From a virus: 64,000 nt of DNA. The notes under the pieces were generated by a model. The model did no database searches. It was not told the DNA's origin and saw only the letters and a program-made list of their open reading frames with translations. The stretch spans positions 1-64,000 of the IMG/VR virus record IMGVR_UViG_3300049855_000348. One strand, given 5' to 3'. Position 1 is the stretch's first letter, and every line of letters starts with the position of its first letter. Positions 39,879 to 47,800 of this stretch are shown piece after piece. Made by a program: the position numbers and the translations under genes.

Positions 39879-39967
39879 TGGCGGAAGTGGCACGAATCGA
39901 ACGTGCAAGACCCGTGAAGGTCTGTTGAGGTTCAAGCTCAGTCCCCTCGCCTATAGGGAGCACTTCC
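39879..39967 (-). tRNA. tRNA-Ser(TGA), class II
   Basis: 89 nt. Acceptor ggaagtg/cacttcc, anticodon loop ctTGAac, long variable arm agacc-ttcac-gggtct, T-arm gcacg-ttcgatt-cgtgc, CCA encoded. Confidence 0.75.
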
Positions 39968-39972
39968 ATGAA

Positions 39973-40064
39973 TGGCGGATACGGCAGGATTTGAACCTGC
40001 GGGTGACTTGCGCCACCTCCTAGTTTCGAGCTAGGTGCGATAAGCCGGGCTCTGCCACGTATCC
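39973..40064 (-). tRNA. tRNA-Ser(CGA), class II
   Basis: 92 nt. Anticodon arm cctag-ctCGAaa-ctagg, long variable arm, CCA encoded. Confidence 0.75.
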
Positions 40065-40069
40065 ATGAA

Positions 40070-40162
40070 TGGCGGATTGCTAGGGAGTCGGACCCTCAAC
40101 GTGTTTCCACGTTTCATCGCTTTCCAGGCGAGTACGGTTAGCCACCACCGTCAACACAATCC
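40070..40162 (-). tRNA. tRNA-Ser(GGA), class II
   Basis: 93 nt. Anticodon loop ctGGAaa, variable arm aacgtg-gaaa-cacgtt, T-loop tccgact, CCA encoded. Confidence 0.65.
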
Positions 40163-40167
40163 ATGAA

Positions 40168-40259
40168 TGGCGGAACGGGTGAGATTTGAACTCACGGGTG
40201 ACTTTCGCCACCTCTTCCTTAGCAAGGAAGTGCAATAGGCCAGACTCTGCCACCGTTCC
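40168..40259 (-). tRNA. tRNA-Ser(GCT), class II
   Basis: 92 nt. Anticodon arm cttcc-ttGCTaa-ggaag, long variable arm, CCA encoded. Confidence 0.75.
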
Positions 40260-40263
40260 ATGA

Positions 40264-40347
40264 TGGTCTCTGAGGTGGGACTCGAACCCACAAAGCTGCG
40301 ATGTTTAGGACCGCAAGGTGTGCCATTCCCTATGAAGCCACTCAGAG
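40264..40347 (-). tRNA. tRNA-Leu(TAA)-like, atypical (C at position 33, long D region, short variable loop)
   Basis: 84 nt. Acceptor ctctgag/ctcagag, anticodon arm gcggt-ccTAAac-atcgc, T-arm gtggg-ttcgagt-cccac, A73, CCA encoded. Confidence 0.5.
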
Positions 40348-40351
40348 AAGT

Positions 40352-40429
40352 TGGTGTCCCATGCAGGAGTCGAACCTGCAAAGATCTGCATTTTGAATGC
40401 AGCGCGTCTGCCAATTGCGCCAATGGGAC
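40352..40429 (-). tRNA. tRNA-Leu(CAA) with a short (6-nt) variable loop
   Basis: 78 nt. Leu-type D-arm tggcgcaattggcagacgcg, anticodon arm ctgca-ttCAAaa-tgcag, A73, CCA encoded. Confidence 0.65.
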
Positions 40430-40430
40430 G

Positions 40431-40507
40431 TGGTATCCACGAAGAGATTTGAACTCTTACTGTTCGGTGCCTAAGACCGATGCCTCTGCCGGTTGGGCTA
40501 CGTGGAC
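40431..40507 (-). tRNA. tRNA-Leu(TAG) with a short (5-nt) variable loop
   Basis: 77 nt. Anticodon arm tcggt-ctTAGgc-accga, T-arm aagag-ttcaaat-ctctt, A73, CCA encoded. Confidence 0.65.
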
Positions 40508-40513
40508 GTGAAA

Positions 40514-40599
40514 TGGTGGGATAGGCTGGAGTCGAACCAACAGTGGCGGTGAAGCGTCACGTTTACAGCGTGGTGAGCCTTCCAATGCTCAACTATCCC
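40514..40599 (-). tRNA. tRNA-Tyr(GTA), class II
   Basis: 86 nt. Acceptor gggatag/ctatccc, D-arm gagc/gctc, anticodon loop ctGTAaa, 15-nt variable arm, CCA encoded. Confidence 0.75.
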
Positions 40600-40609
40600 A
40601 GATGAAAAA

Positions 40610-40688
40610 TGGTACCCGTGACAGGAGTCGAACCTGCAATTTTACTACCACCTCAAGGTAGCGCGTCTGCCAATTTCGCCACACGGGC
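40610..40688 (-). tRNA. tRNA-Leu(GAG) with a short (7-nt) variable loop
   Basis: 79 nt. D-arm tggcgaaattggcagacgcg, anticodon arm ctacc-ttGAGgt-ggtag, A73, CCA encoded. Confidence 0.65.
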
Positions 40689-40691
40689 ATG

Positions 40692-40769
40692 TGGTACCGG
40701 GGGCGGGAGTCGAACCCGCAAAGAACATGGACCTGAACCATGCGCGTCTGCCTGTTTCGCCACCCCGGC
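40692..40769 (-). tRNA. tRNA-Leu(CAG) with a short (6-nt) variable loop
   Basis: 78 nt. D-arm tggcgaaacaggcagacgcg, anticodon arm catgg-ttCAGgt-ccatg, A73, CCA encoded. Confidence 0.65.
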
Positions 40770-40800
40770 GTGTATGAAGCGACCACGATCAGAAAGTTGT

Positions 40801-40834
40801 AAAAGAAAGAACCCCGGCTTTTTGGGCCGGGGTT
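40801..40834 (-). terminator. rho-independent terminator between the 40983..41564 gene and the minus-strand tRNA array
   Basis: Minus strand reads AACCCCGGC-ccaaaaa-GCCGGGGTT followed by CTTTCTTTT. Confidence 0.7.
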
Positions 40835-40982
40835 CGAGAGTTCGCTTTGGGCTTTTGTGCCTACTCCAGCGTGCTCCGAATCCCGGTCTCCGAATAGGAG
40901 AGGGACAACGACAGCAGACTGAGTGAGAGAGAACGGCGCATTGCGCTGCTCCTCATAGCGAGACTACTCCAGGTGGCAAGAA

Positions 40983-41564
40983 CTATTTCTTGTGGGTGCC
41001 CTCCACGCCACGAGCGACACGGTCCATGGTGCGCTTGTGCAGCCAGAGGCGAGCAGTGTCGAGATGGTTCAGTGCGACAGCATTGTCACGGCAGGAAAAT
41101 TCTCCCTTCATGAAGCCCTCCAAACGATCGATGAGGATGGCGAGCAGGGCTTCGTGGCTGTTGCCGTTGTAGCCGGCTTCTTTCACTGGGCCGTTCTGGA
41201 AGGTGATGCGCTGGACTTTGAAGGGGGTTTTGACTTTGAACCCAAGGGAACCCATGATTGGGATCTTCGCAAAGTTGAAATCGTCCAGAATAGTGAGGGT
41301 GGTTTCTTCGTTGATGTCGAATTCGGTTCGACTCGGGCCATCCTCTTCGTTGGAATCCAACAGAGCTACAACATCTTCCCATTCTTTGTGTTGTTTCCGA
41401 ATCACCGGATCTTCAGAATCCGGTTCAGGTTCGCCATAGGGGATCAACACGACATAGTCGTGGCAGGCACCACCACTTCCCGGCTTGTCCAACACGAAGA
41501 TGCGCAAAGCCTCGTTGAGGCCGTTGACGCGGTGGGCGGTGAGTTCACGGATATTAGGACGCAT
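40983..41564 (-). CDS. hypothetical protein (conserved-looking C-terminal helical region ending ...RGVEGTHKK)
   Basis: 193-aa ORF with GGAGAA upstream of the ATG. Confidence 0.55.
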   Translation of the reverse strand: MRPNIRELTAHRVNGLNEALRIFVLDKPGSGGACHDYVVLIPYGEPEPDSEDPVIRKQHKEWEDVVALLDSNEEDGPSRTEFDINEETTLTILDDFNFAKIPIMGSLGFKVKTPFKVQRITFQNGPVKEAGYNGNSHEALLAILIDRLEGFMKGEFSCRDNAVALNHLDTARLWLHKRTMDRVARGVEGTHKK

Positions 41565-41709
41565 GGCGTTCTCCAGACACGCCGCAGGCCGGGTGGGAAC
41601 AGAGTGTCCCCGGTGCCGTCGGCCACATATGGGCTTCAGGCGTGATGGATCGACCTGCGATCACTGTCGACCTCTGTCTACCTGCCGGCTAAATACGTCA
41701 AGCCCAGGC

Positions 41710-41737
41710 TTGACTTGGTCATGATAGCGACTACTAT
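41710..41737 (+). promoter_or_regulatory. class I-related promoter (TTGACT-N16-TACTAT), leadered
   Basis: TTGACTtggtcatgatagcgacTACTAT. The downstream ATG at 41756 is preceded by GAGGAAA. Confidence 0.55.
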
Positions 41738-41755
41738 GTCGCCAACGAGGAAACG

Positions 41756-42262
41756 ATGGCCTATCCTAACCGTGAACTCTACCTGCCGATCCTCCTAGAG
41801 GTCGAGGAGGCTGTCACCCGTCGCGGCGAGAACCGTCCACTGATCGTCGAGGCGGCCTACAAGAAGATCATCGCCGAGTGGGGTGCCAACCTCACCGAAG
41901 AGGAGCAGACCTCGCTGGGTGCCTTCCGCCTGATCATGGAGCAGTTCGCCCTGCGGAACCAGATCCAGGCCGAGGCGGCTGCGCAGATCGTCACCAAGTC
42001 GGCGGTACAGCGTTGGGGCGTCGACAACGTCCCGAACTGGGCCAACCTCACTACCATCCAGCAGACCGCTGCCCTCTTCACTCGTCTTAGCTCGAAGGCG
42101 AAAGAGATCGTCTACGAGGACATCATCTCGAAGGACGGCAAGCCACAGCCCGGCAGCACGCTGAAGTGGGATTTCCCCGATGTCGATGAGACACGGGCGA
42201 AGATCGCCAAGGTCTTCCTCGACGACATCATCGCTCAGGGTCAGGGTGCGGAGCAGCAGTGA
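41756..42262 (+). CDS. hypothetical protein
   Basis: 168-aa ORF with a Shine-Dalgarno sequence. Confidence 0.6.
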   Translation: MAYPNRELYLPILLEVEEAVTRRGENRPLIVEAAYKKIIAEWGANLTEEEQTSLGAFRLIMEQFALRNQIQAEAAAQIVTKSAVQRWGVDNVPNWANLTTIQQTAALFTRLSSKAKEIVYEDIISKDGKPQPGSTLKWDFPDVDETRAKIAKVFLDDIIAQGQGAEQQ

Positions 42263-43059
42263 AGAAGCCGATCAATCAATCCGTTGCCAAGATCATCACT
42301 GAAAACGACTGGGGTTCTTACCTCAAGTTGCCAGTTTCTGAAGATGATCTCCTGAACGAATCGCAGAATGATCGGCTCAAGCGGCTGCAACGCATTCTGA
42401 CCGCACGGCATTTCGGCATCATGAGCCCGCATCGTTCCTTCGCACATCATCAAGACATTCCTCAGAAGGGAATGCGTCCTGAAGGTGATCCTGCGATCTA
42501 TCGTGGTGATCAATCCGCCCTTCGCTTTGTCGGCGCTGACTTTCGTGGCGGCAAACAGGCGATGAAGATGACGCACAACGCCGCTGCATGGAGTCAACTC
42601 CGTCAGACCGTATCGCATCTTGGTTTCAAGCCGCTGCCGGTAACCGGAGCCTTCAAAGAGAAGGGGGGTGAACTGGGGGCGGAGGCTGCGCTGGTGATCC
42701 CAGGGACAGGTCACGGGAAAGTCCAACTTTCTCAAGCCGTCCTGGTCAACCTCGCTCGTCGCTACAACCAGGACAGCTTCATCTACGCCGGTCCCGAAAC
42801 GCAGGGCAAAGTACACCTGTTCGAGGTGTCGGCGCGAGGGAAGAGTGGCCTTCCAACCGCCTATGATCATCACTTCCCAATCGGCTCAGCAGAGACACCA
42901 TCTGATATCCGATCGCTAGTGCAGCGACTCTACAAAGCCGAAGACGATCCTCAGAAGATCCAAGGCTTGGCACAGCCACGTCGTCATGGTGAACAGCCAG
43001 TGAAACGTCCGACGTTTGGCACCCAACTCGGAAAGGGTAAGGGAATAACATTTACATGA
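42259..43059 (+). CDS. hypothetical protein
   Basis: 266-aa ORF with a GTGA overlap. Confidence 0.55.
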   Translation: MKKPINQSVAKIITENDWGSYLKLPVSEDDLLNESQNDRLKRLQRILTARHFGIMSPHRSFAHHQDIPQKGMRPEGDPAIYRGDQSALRFVGADFRGGKQAMKMTHNAAAWSQLRQTVSHLGFKPLPVTGAFKEKGGELGAEAALVIPGTGHGKVQLSQAVLVNLARRYNQDSFIYAGPETQGKVHLFEVSARGKSGLPTAYDHHFPIGSAETPSDIRSLVQRLYKAEDDPQKIQGLAQPRRHGEQPVKRPTFGTQLGKGKGITFT

Positions 43060-43589
43060 GCGAGATCCAGGTTCTTGACGGCATGCTCGACACCTCCCTG
43101 CACGATGAGCAGGGGAGAAAACATGGTGTTTTCAGACTGGTCGGGGATCCGTATAACTGGAACAAGGGCAACTGGACCTTGTTGGTTGAGTACGTTCGTG
43201 GAGTTCAACAGTTCCCGGTCAAATGGGAGTCTCCATCTGGTCGCATCGAACGCCGATCGAGAAGCTACTGGGTTGATGAGAAGGGTCTCGTTGGTCCTGA
43301 TGGATGGACTCGATACTACAGCACCAATCCAGATGCGATTCTTGAGGAAGGCTTCGCCGGCCCATCAACACCTGCCGAGCACATCTACTACAACAAGGAT
43401 GGCACAGAGGTTCTGTACCATAAGCGTTGGACGGCAAAACAGACACGTAAACGGAAGACCGAACCACCATCGCCGAACAAGTGGCCGAAGGTCTGGCCTG
43501 CCGAGAGTGTCAAGAAGCCCCGTCACCCCCGTTACATCGAGATCTCTGAATCAAACAACGTCACGCCAACCGATGTGATCTATAAGTAA
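43056..43589 (+). CDS. hypothetical protein (N-terminal SEIQVLDG motif family)
   Basis: 177-aa ORF with an ATGA overlap. Confidence 0.55.
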   Translation: MSEIQVLDGMLDTSLHDEQGRKHGVFRLVGDPYNWNKGNWTLLVEYVRGVQQFPVKWESPSGRIERRSRSYWVDEKGLVGPDGWTRYYSTNPDAILEEGFAGPSTPAEHIYYNKDGTEVLYHKRWTAKQTRKRKTEPPSPNKWPKVWPAESVKKPRHPRYIEISESNNVTPTDVIYK

Positions 43590-43592
43590 GTC

Positions 43593-44246
43593 ATGGACTT
43601 CATCGGCTTCGTCAATCGTCTGAACGAAGGTTTCGTCAGCGTCCCCAAGCAGCCATGGAAGACCAAGGAAGAAGCCCTGGCCCTGGCTGAGAAGGCGCTG
43701 CCGGCCTTCCGTCGTATCCTGATGAAGGCTGCGCCGGCTGATTCCGTGGTGAAGTACGCCATCAAGCCATCAGAGTCGATTGATGACAAACTCCAACGCT
43801 GGAAGCCTGCCGGTCGTGGTATCGACACCATGTTCGACATGCTGCGTGGTGCCATCCTGGTCCGTGACGGTGAGGAGATCCAGGACACCATTCATCGCCT
43901 GAGCCGTGGGCCAGTGGTCGCCAAGTTCGAGCACAAGGATGAGCCGAAGGATGCTCTGGGCTACTACGGCAGCTACCACATCGACCTGTACCTGCCTGAG
44001 TTCAAGGTGGTGGCTGAGGTCCAGGTGATGACCAAGAAACTCTGGGCGTACAAGAAAGAGGCGCACCGGATCTACAAGGAGCAGCGCGGTAAACCTCAGA
44101 TCGACCCTGCTGCTGCGAGCAAGTCACGGGAACTCTACCGTGTCGGCAACACGCCGAAGAAACTTACTGCGCAGAAGCCTGAGAAAGCCGATCGCGCAAT
44201 GCTGCAAGCTGCCCGTAGAGGCGAGCACCCGGACCTATCTGATTGA
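43593..44246 (+). CDS. RelA/SpoT-type small alarmone synthetase-like nucleotidyltransferase (SAS/toxSAS-like)
   Basis: 217 aa. It carries KPSESIDDKLQR, DMLRGAILV, GYYGSYHIDL and AEVQVMTKKLWAYKKEAHRIYK, in the order of the synthetase-domain motifs. Confidence 0.65.
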   Translation: MDFIGFVNRLNEGFVSVPKQPWKTKEEALALAEKALPAFRRILMKAAPADSVVKYAIKPSESIDDKLQRWKPAGRGIDTMFDMLRGAILVRDGEEIQDTIHRLSRGPVVAKFEHKDEPKDALGYYGSYHIDLYLPEFKVVAEVQVMTKKLWAYKKEAHRIYKEQRGKPQIDPAAASKSRELYRVGNTPKKLTAQKPEKADRAMLQAARRGEHPDLSD

Positions 44247-44757
44247 TGCCAGCCTTGCGGGATGCCAGCAGCAAAGCCTCGGCACCTTGAAGGTAGTTCT
44301 TCACCCATTCTGGCTTCATGGTCTTCGACCCGTCCAGTAGGTTGTCGTAGCGATCGGCGAGCTTGATCAGCACCGCATCCAACGACTTGCCCGAGAAGCC
44401 AGCGATGTAGGCGTTCTTGTCCTTGGTCCCCGGAGGCTTGGTCAGTTCACGCACCAGCTTTTGCACCCGTTCAGGGAACTCGGAGATGTCAGCCTTGGTG
44501 TCTTCGAGCACGTCGTGGAGGTAAGCCGCTGCCAGCACCTCTTTGTCCACCACACCAGCGTTCTGGAGGATCTTCACTACCCGTTCAGGGTGGACGATGT
44601 AGGGGTTCTTCCCATCCTTCCGGATCTGACCTTCGTGGGCGATGGTGGCGAATGAGCGAGCGTGTTCCAGCAGGTCGCGTTGACCATTGCCAGCGATGTG
44701 GTCCATCACATCGTGGTCATCGTTCGAGAGGGCTTCGCAGAGGATCTTCTTTTTCAT
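44164..44757 (-). CDS. HD-domain (p)ppGpp hydrolase-like protein (small alarmone hydrolase, Mesh1/SpoT-type)
   Basis: 197 aa with ATIAHEGQIRKDGKNPYIVHPERV and AAYLHDVLEDT. Its 3' end overlaps the convergent synthetase gene by 83 nt. Confidence 0.7.
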   Translation of the reverse strand: MKKKILCEALSNDDHDVMDHIAGNGQRDLLEHARSFATIAHEGQIRKDGKNPYIVHPERVVKILQNAGVVDKEVLAAAYLHDVLEDTKADISEFPERVQKLVRELTKPPGTKDKNAYIAGFSGKSLDAVLIKLADRYDNLLDGSKTMKPEWVKNYLQGAEALLLASRKAGINQIGPGARLYGQLAALRDRLSQASAQ

Positions 44758-44766
44758 GTTGTCCTT

Positions 44767-44794
44767 ATGATAGCGTTAGTTTTGTCTAAGTCAA
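44767..44794 (-). promoter_or_regulatory. class I promoter (3-nt leader)
   Basis: Minus strand reads TTGACTTAGACaaaactAACGCTATCAT, with the ATG at 44757. Confidence 0.65.
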
Positions 44795-44811
44795 CCTTTT
44801 GATCGACGTTC

Positions 44812-44838
44812 TTGCGTCTACCAAAATAGCGATAGAGT
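44812..44838 (+). promoter_or_regulatory. weaker divergent promoter for dnaE (TTGCGT-N15-TAGAGT)
   Basis: The ATG at 44846 is 8 nt after the -10. There is no Shine-Dalgarno. Confidence 0.4.
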
Positions 44839-44845
44839 GATCGCC

Positions 44846-47800
44846 ATGCCGACCCTTTCCTTGCATTCCCATACTGTCTACTCCCAACGTGACTCGATCG
44901 TAAAGCCTGATGCAATAGCTACCAAGATCAAAGCCAACGGCGGGACGCACTACGCCGTTACCGACCACGGCACTGCCCAGGGCTGGCTGGCCGTCCGTGA
45001 TGCCTGCAAGAAGGCCAAGTTGATCCCGATCTATGGGGTCGAGCTTTACGTCAACGACTTCATCCTCGTTTTCAAGGAGATCCAACGACTCCGTGATGCC
45101 GCCCCCAAGAAGGAAGCCCCACAGGTCGTATTGCAGGCGATCAGGGACAAGATCCTGCCTCTGATGTCCCCAGCACAGGCCACCTACTTCACGTCGAACC
45201 TGGACGATCCCAAGGACCCTGTCGCAACCGCCAAGCAACTGATGATGCGCCTGGGCTACGGCTACGAGCATCTGGTGGCTGTGGCCGTCACCGCCCAAGG
45301 CCGGGAGAACTTGATCCGCCTACACAACAAGGGGCAGACCGACGGCAACTACTTCAAGCCGCAGGTGACCACCGACCAATGCCTTGCCGCTGCTGAGGGC
45401 ATCATTTGGACGACCGCCTGCATGGGTGGTCCGATCGCCAAACGTTTCCGCTACGACCCGACTGGCCAGGAGGCGCTGAATTACCTCAACCGCTGGCAGG
45501 CACACAAGGCGAACTTCTACCTGGAGGTCCAGCCGCTCGACCTACTCGACCAACGCCGGAACAACAAGCGCCTGATCGCTGTCTCCAAGGTGACCGGCTT
45601 CCCGCTGGTCCTGTCACAGGACAACCACCACCTGAACGAAGAGGACTGGGTTGCTCACCGTGCGCTGATGCTCTCTCAGAACGACCGTACGATCGAACAG
45701 ATCGAAGAGACCTATGCCTACCAGGGGAGCCTTTTCACCTTCACCGAACTGAAGCGCAAGCTCGGCGTCTCCACCACGTGGCAAGCGCAGGAGATCATCG
45801 AGAACGAAAAGATCGAAGTGAGGATCCCGGCTGGTCACCACTACGGGGATGTGAAGCTCCACTGGCGTACCAATGACGATGTCCGCAAACAGTGTGAGAC
45901 CACCAACCCTGAGTTGATGCCGATCATCGACGAATGCTTCGCCACCACCGATCGACTCTGCCAGGAGATCAAAGAGATCCCCTGGTCAACCAAGCATCGC
46001 CTGACGCACTATGACGACGCCAGGGCACAAGCGTTGGCAATCTGCCATCAGCGTCTGAAGGACCTTGGCTTCGATCGTGAGACCGTCAACGATGGTACTG
46101 TGGTTGTCACTGAAGGTGAAAAGCCGTCAGAGATCAAGGCCAAGTATCTCGCTTGGTTGGAGAAGGAAGACAAGGTTATCACCGCCTGTGGATTCTGGGA
46201 TTACATCTGGACGCTCTATCGAGTGACCAAGGCTGTGCAGGACGAAGGTATCCCAGTCGGCTACGCTCGTGGCTCTGGCGGTGGTTGTCTCGTGATGTTC
46301 CTCCTTGGTATCATCCGTGTGAACCCAGTGAAGTATGGTCTGTACTTCGAGCGATTCCTGAACCCGGCTCGTCTCGGTTTGGATCCGAAAACCTTGAAGC
46401 GTGTGAAGGAGATGGCGTCCTGCCCTGACGCTGACCTGGACTTCTCATCGATCAGTCGCAAGCGGGTCATCGAGATCACCGAACAGATGTTCGGCAAGGA
46501 GTTCGTGGTTCCTGTTGGAACCGTCGGCGAAGCGAAACTCAAGACCGCCATGGCCGATCTGTGCCGCGTACTCAAGATCACGCAGGCTACCTACATGCCG
46601 GTCTCGAAGGAACTGCCTGAAGACATCAATGGCGTCATGACCTTCGAGGATGCGATGAAGGTGCCGGCATTCGCCGAGTTCATCGCCAAGCATGAACTCC
46701 TGTCCAAGCTGTTGGCTCCGCTCATCGGTGTGATCCGTTCTACTGGTCAACACGCTGGCGGTGTCTGCATCGCCGACGTTCCGGTTGCCAATGCTGTGCC
46801 GGTGATCCGTGCTGGTGCCAAGGATGGTGGCAACATTGTCACCGGCTTCGGTGAGTCTGGTGCTGAGCGTGCTCTTGAATCCATCGGCTTCGTGAAGTTC
46901 GACTTCTTGGCTACTGATACTGTCGACCATGTCTCTTTGTGTGCCCGTTCGCTCTACGAAGAACATCTGGCCAACGGCGGTCAGCCGTGGGTGAAGCCTG
47001 GGGAAATTCTGCTCTACCCTGAGCAAATCCCACACTTCACCGAGAACGATCCCAACGTGATGAAGGCGATCTTCCATACCGGCAACACCGACGGCATCTT
47101 CCAGATGGAAGAACAGATCGGTAAGCAGATGGTGCAGTTGGTGAAGCCAGACACCGTCGATGAAATCTCCGACATCAGCACCATGATCCGTCCTGGTTGT
47201 TTGCAGGCGCATTGTACGTGGTTCACCAATGCCACCGGTGCGGTTGAGAACAAAGTCGGCAGTGGTCTCCACTTCGCTTACGCTGCTCGTAAGTTCGAGC
47301 GTGAACTCAACCCACCACCAGATCTACCTCAGGAAATCTTGGAGGTCTTGAAGCCAACGCACTACTGCTGCATCTACCAGGAACAGATGATGTTCCTGAT
47401 TGAGATCGTCACTGGTGGCAAGATGTCACTCGGTGAAGGTGACATCTACCGTCGTGCCGTCGAGCACTCGGCGAAGGGTGTTCCGGCAGCAATCGAGACG
47501 CTGGCCAAGATGGAAGGCGAGATGAAGGCTGCCGGTGCCTACTCACCGGACATCGTCGAGACTGTCTGCACGATCATCAAGGGTGGTGCGGCCTACTCAT
47601 TCAATAAAGCACACTCGCTGTCCTACTCGCTCTTCAGCTACGGTCAGGCGTGGTTCAAGCATTACTACCCGCACATCTTCCTGGCCAGTCACGTGAGTCT
47701 GCTCGCAGCGAAGAACAAGCTGGAGAAGGCTCACAAGATCATCAACAACGGTCGCTCGATGGGTATCGAGATCAAAGCACCACACGTCCTCCACTCGAAA

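Noticed and set aside
40264-40347. Amber suppressor (CUA) reading of the CCUAAAC loop
   Set aside because: The best helix register places UAA at positions 34-36. The neighbouring genes are the other Leu isoacceptors, and TAG is used as a genuine stop (for example dnaE at 48601, and at 28858 and 56683).
40773-40800. Possible promoter for the minus-strand tRNA array (GGTCGC-TTCATA with TTTACA upstream)
   Set aside because: The spacer is 19 nt, and the predicted start falls inside the first tRNA. It is too weak to call.
41720-41745. Minus-strand promoter for the 40983..41564 gene using the inverted GTCGCTAT block
   Set aside because: The -35 candidate (TTGGCG) lies only 13 nt from the TATCAT, and the gene start is about 160 nt away. 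This is not convincing.
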